A DNA stretch of 63,830 nt, counting the filler, from Squatina squatina (taxonomy: Eukaryota): NCBI GenBank assembly GCA_031763465.1. It is 4 parts of 4 records of this genome, joined end to end, with 100 filler letters (N's around TTAATTAATTAA, not from the genome) between each part and the next. Parts side by side here need not be neighbours in the genome. Positions count along the whole stretch, not along the records: positions 1 to 16,604 come from JARFOE010000058.1; 3 more parts are not named here. One strand, given 5' to 3'. Below the pieces are notes generated by a model that was given only the letters and a program-made list of their open reading frames with translations, had not been told where the DNA came from and did no database searches. The translations under genes and the position numbers were made by a program. Below are positions 1-11,113 of this stretch, piece after piece. How positions within the stretch are numbered: the first letter of the stretch is position 1; the number at the start of each line of letters is the position of its first letter.

Positions 1-29
1 TTTCAAACTTTTTTCTCTTTTCTCTCTCT

Positions 30-235
30 CTCCTTTCACTTGCGCTCTGTCTCTCCTTTCTCCTTTCACTTGCGCGCTCTCTCCTTTCACGCGCTCTGTC
101 TCTCTCTCTCTCCTTTCACTTGCGCTCTGTCTCTCTCCTTTCACTTGCGCGCTCTCTCCTTTCACGCGCTCTGTCTCTCTCTCTCCTTTCACTGTCGCTC
201 TCTCTCTCTCCTTTCACGCGCTCTGTCTCTCTCTT
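30..235. repeat. Pyrimidine-rich compound minisatellite (TCTCTCCTTTCACTTGCGC-like units mixed with CT runs)
   Basis: Repeated CTCCTTTCAC(TTG)CGC/TCTCTC units are directly visible. ORFs 40..237 and 116..316 are low-complexity artefacts. Confidence 0.9.
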
Positions 236-1470
236 GATAGATGTGGGAAGTAGCAACAGTGAAGAGACTGCTGACAGCACAAAGATTACCAATAGGTGAT
301 GGGGAAATCCTTTCAAATATAACTTTTATTTTTAAGTGCTCCGCAAGAAGTCACATTTTCCACCACCAAAAATGACACTGCAAACCCTTAATTCAGTCGG
401 CCCTTTCAGCTGGCCTCCCCAGCATTCAGGTTTGAGTGGAGCACTGCACATGCCAGTGAACCTATTGTATCTGTGTCACACACTGCCTGGGAAACCTGAT
501 TTAGCTTCGGGGGGAGGGTAGTGGAAGAAGGCTGTGTGTAATATCAGTTCCCCATGCTTGAGTGGATTGAAAATGTCTAGTAGTTTTTGCTGAACGCATT
601 TTTATGTATACTTTTATAAAAAAAAAACAATCATTGCCATTTTAGACCCTTATAACTGAATCCTAAGTTAGCAGCTGAGGTTTGATCTTCATAGGACAAG
701 TCCCAGAAATATTCCAGCAAGACAACATTCTTCCTCCAATGACGTATAAGATTAACCTGAAGCAAGTCAAAGCCACATCAAAGTGAAATCAGATACAAGC
801 TGGCAAACTCTCAAAAAATATGCGGATCAAAAGTTTTTCCATTTCGGTTTTTTTTTAAGCAACTGAAAATTATTTAGTTGGTCTGCTTATTTAACTGAAG
901 AAAATGGCGGTGTGCATAGAAAGTGTCTTTCAGAAGGACAGGAGCTATCTATAAGCAAATTGGAGCAAAGAGTTTTTTTGTAACACAATCTGAAAGTCGG
1001 CAATACTTGGAATGAAAATAAGTTTCTTTTGAAAAAGTGCAAAGTTCACTTTCAATTTCCCAGAGTCATTCTTCAGCTGATGGGAGAAAGACTCAGAACT
1101 GGAGCTGGGCTTTTTGGAGAAATTCTGAGTAAGTAAGTGGGTGGGGAAATAGTAGTTATTGTAAACAGGAACTTGCTCATGCTCATGAAACCTCGGTCTG
1201 TGAATAGGATGCAAAACAGACACAGTTTCATAAGGCTGTGTAGGACCTTTGTGTACCCAGAATGCTGAGGATGAATCAGAGTTTAACTATCAATCACTCT
1301 AGCTTTGAATGCCCTAACTTCACCTCACTGAGACCGGTGGTATGATCTAAGTTTTATTAGTAAATGGACANNNNNNNNNNNNNNNNNNNNNNNNNNNNNN
1401 NNNNNNNNNNNNNNNNNNNNNNNNNNNNNNNNNNNNNNNNNNNNNNNNNNNNNNNNNNNNNNNNNNNNNN

Positions 1471-1728
1471 AAACAGAAAATCTGTTCGATCGGGAGATGG
1501 ACCCAGGGGACTCCTGCACTACCTGCCTAGTTCTTTTACTCTGTCCAGCAGTCACCCATTCCCTTTCTGCCTGTGCACTGTTTACCTGCGATGTGACCAC
1601 CTCACTAAACATTCTCTCCATGAATATCTCAGCCTTGTGGATGCTCCACAGTGACTCCAGCCGCAGCTCCAGATCTGAAACGCGGATTTCGAATAGCTGC
1701 AGCTGGAGACACTTCCTGCACACATGGC
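1471..1728 (-). mobile_element. CR1 LINE ORF1 fragment (zinc-finger/leucine-zipper region)
   Basis: Minus-strand HVCRKCLQLQLFEIRVSDLELRLESL...EWVT...SNRFSV matches the CxxC + leucine zipper + (L)SNRF motif of CR1 ORF1. Confidence 0.75.
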
Positions 1729-2370
1729 NNNNNNNNNNATACAATAGGGACCTTACTTCACTTTAAACACTACTTAATATAAACTAGTGACCTTATTTTT
1801 ACTATAAAGACTGGACAATAGAAATATGAGAAATGCTCACCAGGTCCTACTTACCAGTCAGCTGCTTCCCCTGCCCCCAGGTCACTTTCTGATTGGTGGC
1901 GTCATTTCTGAACTCCGCCGTCGGTCTCGGTGACTGTCTCGGATAGAGTGCCTCTCGCTGCCGCTTTTAAACTCCCGTCACTGCTGGCCGCTTCCTTGCA
2001 GGTCTGCTGCCTCCAGCCGCTGCTCTCGCTGACTGCCTGACTGCCACTCTGGCTGAGAACTGCTGACACGGCACAAACCACAGATCTTGTGGCCCAATAT
2101 TGAACTGCCTGATGCACTGGGATAGTGTTGGGGGTGCTGGGGCTTCACTATGTCACTGACCTGATTGAGGTAGATTATCAGATGCTGGTCAAAACACCTA
2201 TAATATGATTGAAGAGTGTACAACTATATAACGCTCAAAAGACAATCAATAATAATGTAGCCAGAGTTTAACAGGGGCACTCTCCTCCTGAAAATATGTT
2301 TGGTAAACCTTATTTTCTTTGATAACTATAGCATCCTGTGCAAATAATATGCTGATGTATTTCAACATCA

Positions 2371-2612
2371 GCTGTGTCAGCCTTGGCTCCGTGTACTAGC
2401 CAATATTTATCCCTCAACAAATATCACAAAAAAAAATTATCTGGTTAGTATCACATTGCTGTTTGTGGGAGCTTGCTGTGTGCAAATTAGCTGCTGCTTT
2501 CCTTACATTACAACAGTGGCTACACTTCAAATGTACATCATTGGCTGTAAAGCACTTTGGGATGTCCTGAGATCGTGAAAGGTGCTATAGAAATGTGAGT
2601 CTTTGTTTTTCT
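2371..2612 (+). mobile_element. DeuSINE/SacSINE-like SINE, internally deleted
   Basis: Short head GTCAGCCTTGGCTC is joined to CCAATATTTATCCCTCAAC...GCTGTTTGTGGGAGCTTGCTGTG...GCTGTAAAGCACTTTGGGATGTCCTGAG...GGTGCTATAGAAATG. The same tail recurs many times in the window. Confidence 0.8.
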
Positions 2613-2754
2613 TGCTTTGAGCAAAGGCAAAGAACATTTACCAAATGACTTTTTCAAAAAGATATCATCATCATTGTCCAGGGTTATCAGTTACGTCAGC
2701 ACTTGTGGAATATTGTTCGAAAACATAACATTAATCTCTTTTCTCTTTTTCCAG

Positions 2755-3101
2755 CTGTGGCACAATCTTTGCCTACAAACTCTGGGCAGCCTTTGCCAAC
2801 GCCACCATCCGCCCACTGTGGTATGCGGCTGAACGCCGGCCTTTTGCAGGTGACGTCTCAGAACAATCTTGGATCTGGGATTCCTGCAGTGACTGCCAGT
2901 CAGGGTGATCGGACTATGGGAATTTATCCAAATAATCCTGGCAATCAACAGAACATCTACATACCATCATCTGGCATCAACATGCCTCTCCGGCCAAGCC
3001 AAAGTGCTTTGGGAATGAGATCAACCAGCCAGGCAGTGCCGAGCCAGGCTATAATCCGCCAAAGGACAGCAATCTCAGGGTTTACTGGCTCTGTACCAAA
3101 C
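2755..3101 (+). CDS. Mastermind-family coactivator, start of probable terminal coding exon (likely MAMLD1; truncated by gap)
   Basis: Strong polypyrimidine-CAG acceptor at 2754 and an open Q/P/S/G/M-rich frame. The segment MGIYPNNPGNQQNIYIPSSGIN resembles the MAML2/MAML3 C-terminal exon motif (recalled as MGMYGNLPCNQPNTYSVTSGMN in MAML2). It lies upstream of MTM1, as MAMLD1 does in human. Confidence 0.55.
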
Positions 3102-3800
3102 NNNNNNNNNNNNNNNNNNNNNNNNNNNNNNNNNNNNNNNNNNNNNNNNNNNNNNNNNNNNNNNNNNNNNNNNNNNNNNNNNNNNNNNNNNNNNNNNNNN
3201 NNNNNNNNNNNNNNNNNNNNNNNNNNNNNNNNNNNNNNNNNNNNNNNNNNNNNNNNNNNNNNNNNNNNNNNNNNNNNNNNNNNNNNNNNNNNNNNNNNNN
3301 NNNNNNNNNNNNNNNNNNNNNNNNNNNNNNNNNNNNNNNNNNNNNNNNNNNNNNNNNNNNNNNNNNNNNNNNNNNNNNNNNNNNNNNNNNNNNNNNNNNN
3401 NNNNNNNNNNNNNNNNNNNNNNNNNNNNNNNNNNNNNNNNNNNNNNNNNNNNNNNNNNNNNNNNNNNNNNNNNNNNNNNNNNNNNNNNNNNNNNNNNNNN
3501 NNNNNNNNNNNNNNNNNNNNNNNNNNNNNNNNNNNNNNNNNNNNNNNNNNNNNNNNNNNNNNNNNNNNNNNNNNNNNNNNNNNNNNNNNNNNNNNNNNNN
3601 NNNNNNNNNNNNNNNNNNNNNNNNNNNNNNNNNNNNNNNNNNNNNNNNNNNNNNNNNNNNNNNNNNNNNNNNNNNNNNNNNNNNNNNNNNNNNNNNNNNN
3701 NNNNNNNNNNNNNNNNNNNNNNNNNNNNNNNNNNNNNNNNNNNNNNNNNNNNNNNNNNNNNNNNNNNNNNNNNNNNNNNNNNNNNNNNNNNNNNNNNNNN

Positions 3801-4494
3801 GGGTATGATTTATCTGACCTCCAAGCTGTTGTACATAGAGAGCGCCCATCTACACATTGTGGCATTGGACTAAAGACTATTGAGCATGTGTGTAGGTGTG
3901 GACACTGTAACTTTCCATAAACGAGCAGGTATAGGTCACTGGATGTACCTAGTGCACTGCCTGCAACACTGAGTTTTAAAGTGGCAATACATAAATTAAT
4001 GTATTTGTTCAAAATATTCTGTAAATTATGTTTTCCTAATAAATATTGTATGTCAGGAAGGAGTAATTATACTTTGTTGGATCATTTGTCAATAAATACA
4101 GTATAGGCAAAATCATTGTTTTTATATTAGCAAATTTGTTTATTTTTATTTGGTATAAAATATGCAGACTACATTGTTTGATCAGTAATACTATGTATTA
4201 CAATGTTAAAATACAGGTTGTGTTATTGACATGACATAGGCAGTGCAGTCTTGTGTTGTACAGGTGATTTATTCCTGGTTTCATGGATCTTCATTCGCCA
4301 TCAATCCCATTTTGATTTAAATATGTTACCACAGTGAGCAATCAACTGATGGAATGGCTGTCAATATGAAATTGCTTTCTTTGTAATCTGTCAGCTCATG
4401 TTGACATTCTGTACATTTTATATGTGCATTCTACCAAGATATTATGAACTTCATAATGTGTTTGTTGCTGAAACTTTTTGTGATCTCATGTTTT
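3801..4494 (+). other. Probable AU-rich 3' UTR of the mastermind-like gene
   Basis: AT-rich and repeat-free, with AATAAA at 4038-4043 and 4091-4096. It follows the exon across a sized gap. Confidence 0.35.
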
Positions 4495-4594
4495 NNNNNN
4501 NNNNNNNNNNNNNNNNNNNNNNNNNNNNNNNNNNNNNNNNNNNNNNNNNNNNNNNNNNNNNNNNNNNNNNNNNNNNNNNNNNNNNNNNNNNNNN

Positions 4595-5070
4595 CGACGG
4601 GCCGAATGGCCGACTCCTGCTCCTACTTCTTATGGTTATGGTCTTATGGTTTTATTTGAGGATGTGACGAAGGAGTTTGATCGGGGTAAGGCAGAGGGTG
4701 TGCTGGACTTTTATACAGTTCCAGTGGAAAGGCTGAAAATGAAGAAAGCGGGAATTGGTGGAAATATTTTACAAGGGATACGTGATTGATTGACTGAAGG
4801 AACCCAGAGGGCGGTGGTCCAGGAATTGTCGTCAGCCTGGGAGAATGTTACCCGTGGGGTCCCACAGGGCTCTGTTTTAATACCTCTTTTGTTTAATAAA
4901 TGATCTGGAGCTCGGAGTCACTAGCGCAGTGGTTACATTTACAGATGAAACAAAGCTAATGAAGGTGATAGATTGCAAAGCTGAACAGGATAAGCTGCAG
5001 GAGGATTTGAATATAGTCGGGAATTGGGCAGACAGATGGCAGGTGAAATTCAATGTAGAGAAATGCAAAG
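4595..5070 (+). mobile_element. CR1 LINE 3' tail followed by a degenerate RT fragment
   Basis: GGGCCGAATGGCCGACTCCTGCTCCTACTTCTTATG tail, then GVPQGSVL and FTDETKL...LQEDLNIVGNWADRWQVKFNVEKCKV RT motifs with stops. Confidence 0.8.
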
Positions 5071-6270
5071 TGAAACAGAAAGGGTTTCATGAATTATTCT
5101 CATTAATGCACAGCATGGTATGTTATTGAAGCACACAGCCCAGGTTTGCTCTCCCGTCTGTGGAGAGTCAGTTGATCTCAACTGCAATAACGAGAGTCCT
5201 GCTAAGTGCGGTAGGGAAAAATATGTCAATGTCCCTGCCCACACGTGGTCACTGGTGGGTTACCGCTGTCCGTGGAACCATGCCCCAGTATCTCGCACTG
5301 CCTTTAGGAGAAGCAGAGAAAAGTGGCAGAAATGGGACCTTCATATGCCTGAAAAGTATGACTGTGTCACAGCTTATTTATGGGGACAGAGTCGGTAGGT
5401 TCAACTTTTGCCTGTCGTGCCTATCTATCCAGGTCTGATATTTTCGGGCAGTCGTAGCAAGCACTGTTCAGTTCTGTGTTGGATTCATTTGTTGCTCCTT
5501 CATGCAGGCTGCAGATACACATTTCAGGACATGATGCTTCACATTACGTGAGCATACATTAAGAACTGTTGTAAATTTAAGTTAACAAGTTGTGGAAGTG
5601 CAACCAATAGTTTCTGAAGCATTCCTTGTTGTTTTTGCTTTAGAACAAACTGCTTCAAAACAGGAACAGGCCAAAAGAAATGAGCTGCCATCTTAATTAT
5701 GAATCTGTTTAAAAATTATAGTATGTCTTGCAGAGTTACTCTAATCCTAAACAACTCTATTGTACAATAGTTGTAGTACTCTAGAGATGATTTTATACCA
5801 TTAGGGTATTGTGTCAAACAATAGATATTACCCATGCGATTTCCCCTGAATTACTGTACTGCAACATTAAGATTTCAAACCTCATTAATGATTGGTAGTA
5901 TGCCCTGAACTAGAGACCTGTCCATCATGGGAAGTCAGATTCATGACTTGCACCCTAGAGAGTATTGACTAATCAGCTGGTCCTGGCTAATGTTGTCGTG
6001 AACATTGCNNNNNNNNNNNNNNNNNNNNNNNNNNNNNNNNNNNNNNNNNNNNNNNNNNNNNNNNNNNNNNNNNNNNNNNNNNNNNNNNNNNNNNNNNNNN
6101 NNNNNNNNCATCAGAACTACTGCATCCATATGTGGATTAATCTTTTTTTAAAAAAAAAATGTATTCTCCTACACATTCAGGGTTTTTTTTTAAAAAGAAA
6201 AAAGTAATAGAAATGTACTTTCTTGTTAGCTAGCTTCTGCTAACTAATAGTTCCTTTTCATGCTTCATAG

Positions 6271-6365
6271 AAAAGGATGTGATCTACATTTGTCACTTTA
6301 ATGGACCTAAAAAGGGAGTGGTGTACATTACAAACTACAGACTTTACTTTAAGAGTGTTGAACTG
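6271..6365 (+). CDS. MTM1: Myotubularin 1, PH-GRAM exon (equivalent to human exon 4)
   Basis: AG/GT-bounded 95-bp exon: (x)[41 protein letters not shown] fits MTM1 better than MTMR1/2, and the size matches the recalled human exon. Confidence 0.88.
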
Positions 6366-9300
6366 GTAAGTTCTGATTTTTATTTTCTCACATTGTAGCA
6401 GGTCTTTAGTTTTTATATTCTACTGTGGTGAGAGTTACTGATGGAAGTCCATATCTTCATACCTCAAGTTAAACAACTGTGACCTCTTTGGCTGTATTCT
6501 CACTGACATTCTTGGTGTCACCAGTTCCCCATAGCTTATATAGAAAACTTGGACTCCTATTTAATGCCAGTGGCTTCTTCTCCGCTCAGTAACTTTATGA
6601 AGTCAAACTTTAATCAAGGCTTGAATACTACTCCCACATATGGGGAGGCTCTGTTTCTTTCGNNNNNNNNNNNNNNNNNNNNNNNNNNNNNNNNNNNNNN
6701 NNNNNNNNNNNNNNNNNNNNNNNNNNNNNNNNNNNNNNNNNNNNNNNNNNNNNNNNNNNNNNTAGAGATTCTACCCCAGTGCATTCTATTCAGGAGCATG
6801 ACATTTGAAGAATGAGATATATTTTCATGTAACATCACACTTCACAGTAGGCTTGCTGTTGATCTCTGGGTACACAAATCTAAGCTACTATAAAGTATAA
6901 TGAGGGCTGTTTAGATCAGATTTTTTTTGTAAGAATATGTCAATGTGTTAGTAATGCTAAACTGTTGCCAATGTAGCGGAAGTGAGTGGGGGAAAAAATC
7001 GAAGAAAATTTTCAGTTTCAGAAGCTCCAAAGACTAATGAGAATATTTGCTTAGAAAAATTACCAGGTGTTTTTGGTAGATGCTATGAGAACTTGCCCTT
7101 TTCAATTCTAATTGTATCAGACTTGCAGCTGGTATCCTCAATGATTTTTCTTTGGGATTAGAATGATGAGTGAAAACTGGGACTAATCTGACTGCCCCTT
7201 ATATAATTTACCTGGCATGAGGATAACCTTGGTCAAGCTCGGAAGTCTTTGATCAGCTCTTCACTAATGGAAACGCTTAGATTCATTCAGTCTTTGCTAC
7301 ATGCAATATTGTTGAAATTATGCTATTTTAACTGCCGTAAAACTAGCTGAATTTTAGTAAATGAGACATGACAGTAATACCTAGTGAGAAATCAAACCTT
7401 TTTCAATTCTGCTGAAATGTTGCAGTCTTTTGCCATGATATTTGTAAACTATATGCGGAGCACTGTTGTCCAACTTCCTCAATTTTTTTAATTGGGACTT
7501 TGTTTAATGCTCCATCATATTCTGCTGACCAAGAGTAAATCTGACTTATTTGGGAATGTGTCATACTTGATTTTGTTTTCACGTCATTTTTAATTTTATT
7601 CCGACTTCCCACCTCGTTTTCTGAAGGTGGACTTTCTGTCTGGAGTGAGGCTGCACTTTGGAAACTTACCAAGCACCCATTATTTGTGTGAACCTAGATA
7701 GTGGCAGCCTTTTGAACACGGGAAGGGGTAATGTGGCCAACGCAGTGTTTTCACCTGATGCCCACGTGCACTTTTCCATGAGAGGCAATTGTTTAAAAAA
7801 TCAGCAGGGGAATTCCAGATGACTTTTTTCCCACCCTCTCCCTTGCCAGCATGGGAATGCTGAGGCCAATTAGAATGTCCATGTAACACCACCCTGATTA
7901 AGGTTGACAAACTAAGAATAGGACAGAGATTTAATCCACGGCCTTTCTGGTACGTATAAGCTCTGCTCTATGCCGTGCGATCCTGTGCCCCCTTAGCCAG
8001 TAGATAAACAAATCTGAAATTTTAAACCTATAGAAGTATTCCAGCTTTAATACGCATATGGCTAATAATTTTTATATTGAAGAAAAGTCTGTGGTAAGCT
8101 TTTGGTTCATTTTTTTTAAAAAGCCACTAATCACTAAGAGAAGCTTCCTACTTTGGGAAGAAATCATTGTTTGTGCTGTTTCCTTTTCTGGGTTTGGCAG
8201 ACCAGTTTAGAAATGAGACAAATGCATGTATAGTGTTTTCTTAAAAGCTCACTACTTTGTTGCTTTACTATAGACAGAAGTACTGTTTTAATCGTTGTGG
8301 TTTAAACCGGGGTATTCAAGATATTGTAAATGTTATGCAAATGTAAACTTGGGCAGTATTGAAACTTGGTTCTTGTTCTGGAATGTTATATGTATTCAGT
8401 GTAACTGTAAACTTGAATAGCAAACCGAAATAGCTGAAACATGTATCGTGTGTGCAAGAAATATTTTCAAACCTAAGTAAATATGTTTTCTGGCATTTAG
8501 TTTCATTTATTTTTTGTTTTGTGGTAAACTACGAGCCAAAGTAACATCAACATTTTTACTATCGTCACAGGAGTTTAAAGATATTTAGCAGTATTCCCTG
8601 ATCATTGAATAATTCCATTCTGAGCAGAATTCCCTAGTCCCTGAATAATCCCATGCTGCCAGAGAACATCCACATCCGGGATGTTGTAATGTGCAAAGCT
8701 GCATGAATAACAGGAGACACTTCCTTGCGTTGCTAATGCGGAAACAAATCTCCAGTTCTGAAATGGTGCTGAAAGAACTCTATGCTTACACCATATAAAT
8801 GCATCAAAAGCTGGCACACATCTCTACATTTTGCCCCTGTCCTCTCTGGTTAACTTCTTGCTGGGGTGTCAGTTGCCCTCTGATATTTTGCCCAATTGAC
8901 TATCATTCATGCGTGAGCCAGAACCGAGTGTTTCAACGGGCTATTCAGTCACAAGGACACCCAGTCGAGCCCCTTCTTGGCGTCACCTGACATGTACTTC
9001 CACCATCGTTACTTGGTAATGATCATGAGCAGGGACTGAACCAATTTCTCCCTCCTTAATTAAGTAAAACTAAGGCTAATTTCTAATGCTGTATTGCTAC
9101 CACGTTGAAACCAGATAACATAGCACAGATATGGGAGCAGCCTGGTCTATGGCTCAGCTGGCCACTGGATAAGCTCACTGAGCCATTTCAAGAGTCACAT
9201 TTGATCAGGGCTTAAATTATACTATTTGAAACTTATTCACATAAATATCATTTGTACATTACAGCAGAAATACACTTGCGTAGTCAGGTTGTTTTTAAGA

Positions 9301-9528
9301 ATCTTCAGTCACAGAATTTTAATCTTAAATGTGATAGCACATTTGATTTCCTGTTAAATGCTAATTTCTGAAGAGCTTTTGCCTACAGAAAAACTGTGAC
9401 TACACATCAAAAGTAACTTAAATAAAAANNNNNNNNNNNNNNNNNNNNNNNNNNNNNNNNNNNNNNNNNNNNNNNNNNNNNNNNNNNNNNNNNNNNNNNN
9501 NNNNNNNNNNNNNNNNNNNNNNNNNNNN

Positions 9529-10115
9529 GATGTCATCACATCGCTCACCATTCGCCCGTGACCCCACTGTGAGCCCCCACCCCGGCGCCACTGCTGCTGA
9601 CACCGACAGGTTTCCTCTGGTGGCGCCAGGGGCCCTTAAAGGCACGTGGCCTGCACAGTTGTCCACCATCTTTTCTCATCAGCCGACGTTATTTTCATGC
9701 CGGCACCCTCAAAACATTTTTGAAACTTACCTGCTGGGCCCTCAAACCACTTCTGTTGGGCAAGCCTGTGGCCATTGCCTTTAAGGCAGGGGGCGGGGCT
9801 GTGGCTCGCACATGCGCGTTTGCGCCAGCAGCCTAGCTCACGCCATGCTACTGGCGCACCACGGCTGTGATATGGCATTGGTCGGGTCAGCGCCGGGTCA
9901 GCTCTGTGGCAACGCTGATTCTGCATTGCCACATTACGCTGGCCGGAAACTGCTTCAAAGACCCGAATGCCGCGAAGACACTCGGGGTTAAAGGATCCCG
10001 AATGCAGCACCCGATTGCAGACAGACCAATTGGGCACCCAGTGAGTTTGTGAATTCCAGTTGTTCCCGGTGAATGCTGATCCATGCTGGGGGCACCTAAA
10101 TGGGGAAATCAGCCC
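9529..10115. mobile_element. GC-rich non-autonomous DNA-transposon-like element (partial)
   Basis: Abrupt GC/CpG-rich block ending GAAATCAGCCC, similar to the termini of other GC-rich inserts in the window. No coding similarity recognised. Confidence 0.4.
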
Positions 10116-10139
10116 TCCTTCATCCTTCCAATTTATTTC

Positions 10140-10435
10140 TATCCATCCATATATCCATCCATACATCCATCCATCCATCCATCCCTCTCTCTCCCTTTCC
10201 CTCCCTCTCTCTACCTATCTCTCTTTACCTTTGTATTGCTCTCCCTGTATCTCTCCACCTATCTCTATCTTTGTATCTTTCTCTGTATCTCTCCACCTAT
10301 CTCTATCCTTGTATCTCCCTCTCTGTACCTCTCTACCTATCTCTCTCTATCTTTGTATCTCTCTCTGTATCTCTCCACCTATCTCTCTCTATCCTTGTTT
10401 CTCTCTCTCTCTTTATCTCTCTACCTATTTCTTTA
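10140..10435. repeat. (ATCC)n microsatellite followed by a CT-rich low-complexity tract
   Basis: Directly visible; it explains the three overlapping low-complexity ORFs. Confidence 0.9.
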
Positions 10436-10776
10436 TTTGCCTGAGTGCATCCTTTATATGTTGGGTTTCTTATAGATTAATTCCTGGGCGATTAGGCTCC
10501 TCCATTTGTTATCAAATTAAATGACCCAGATTTTGCTGAAATCAGCCAGCAATCAAAGCAGCTTTGCTGATGGAAAGCACTATCTTCAAACACTGAGTAA
10601 TGCAGCTTGCTGACTCCAACATGGTGTTGATTTTCTCATCTGAACTTTTCAGTTCGACTTTGCCCAGGAGGTCTGATTGGAATATTTCATGAAGTTACAG
10701 CAAGAAGATTTTGTACTTACTGAGGAAATTAACAAATATATTATGTTGTTCTAACAATTACTGTTGTTTCTTTCAG

Positions 10777-10860
10777 CAATTTTTTGCATTTGAAAATAAA
10801 GAAACTTATTGTGAAGATGGCTGGAAAGTTTATGTCCCAATTGAAGAATATAAGAGGCAG
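10777..10860 (+). CDS. MTM1: Myotubularin 1 exon (equivalent to human exon 7)
   Basis: TTTCAG/GTGAGT-bounded 84-bp exon QFFAFENKETYCEDGWKVYVPIEEYKRQ, versus recalled human [28 protein letters not shown]. Confidence 0.9.
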
Positions 10861-10944
10861 GTGAGTTGCTTTATGAATTGATGGTGGTCTGCTCTTGTTT
10901 CAATTGCGTAAGCTATTTTATATTGAATTTGCTTTCCGTATGTT

Positions 10945-11113
10945 TTAGCTTCTGGACGTCGGTCTCCTTTAGGAAAAATTCCAAATTTTCAGACATCCAG
11001 CATCAGTGTCCATCAACATCTCTCATTTGATGGAGTGAGGAATTCTCTCTCAGATCTGAAGAAGAGACTCGAGGAATTCTGTGAGGGGAAATTCAACAAA
11101 ATCCCTCCACATG
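10945..11113 (+). other. Teleost finTRIM/TRIM16-like exon fragment (coiled-coil to PRY linker), foreign to this context
   Basis: Open frame LASGRRSPLGKIPNFQTSSISVHQHLSFDGVRNSLSDLKKRLEEFCEGKFNKIPPH ends in a phase-1 GTAAGA donor. It closely resembles the motif I recall from catfish finTRIM proteins. Confidence 0.7.

Noticed and set aside
9636-10524. Several 100-180-aa ORFs
   Set aside because: They arise from a GC-rich repeat and microsatellite/CT tracts and show no protein family features.
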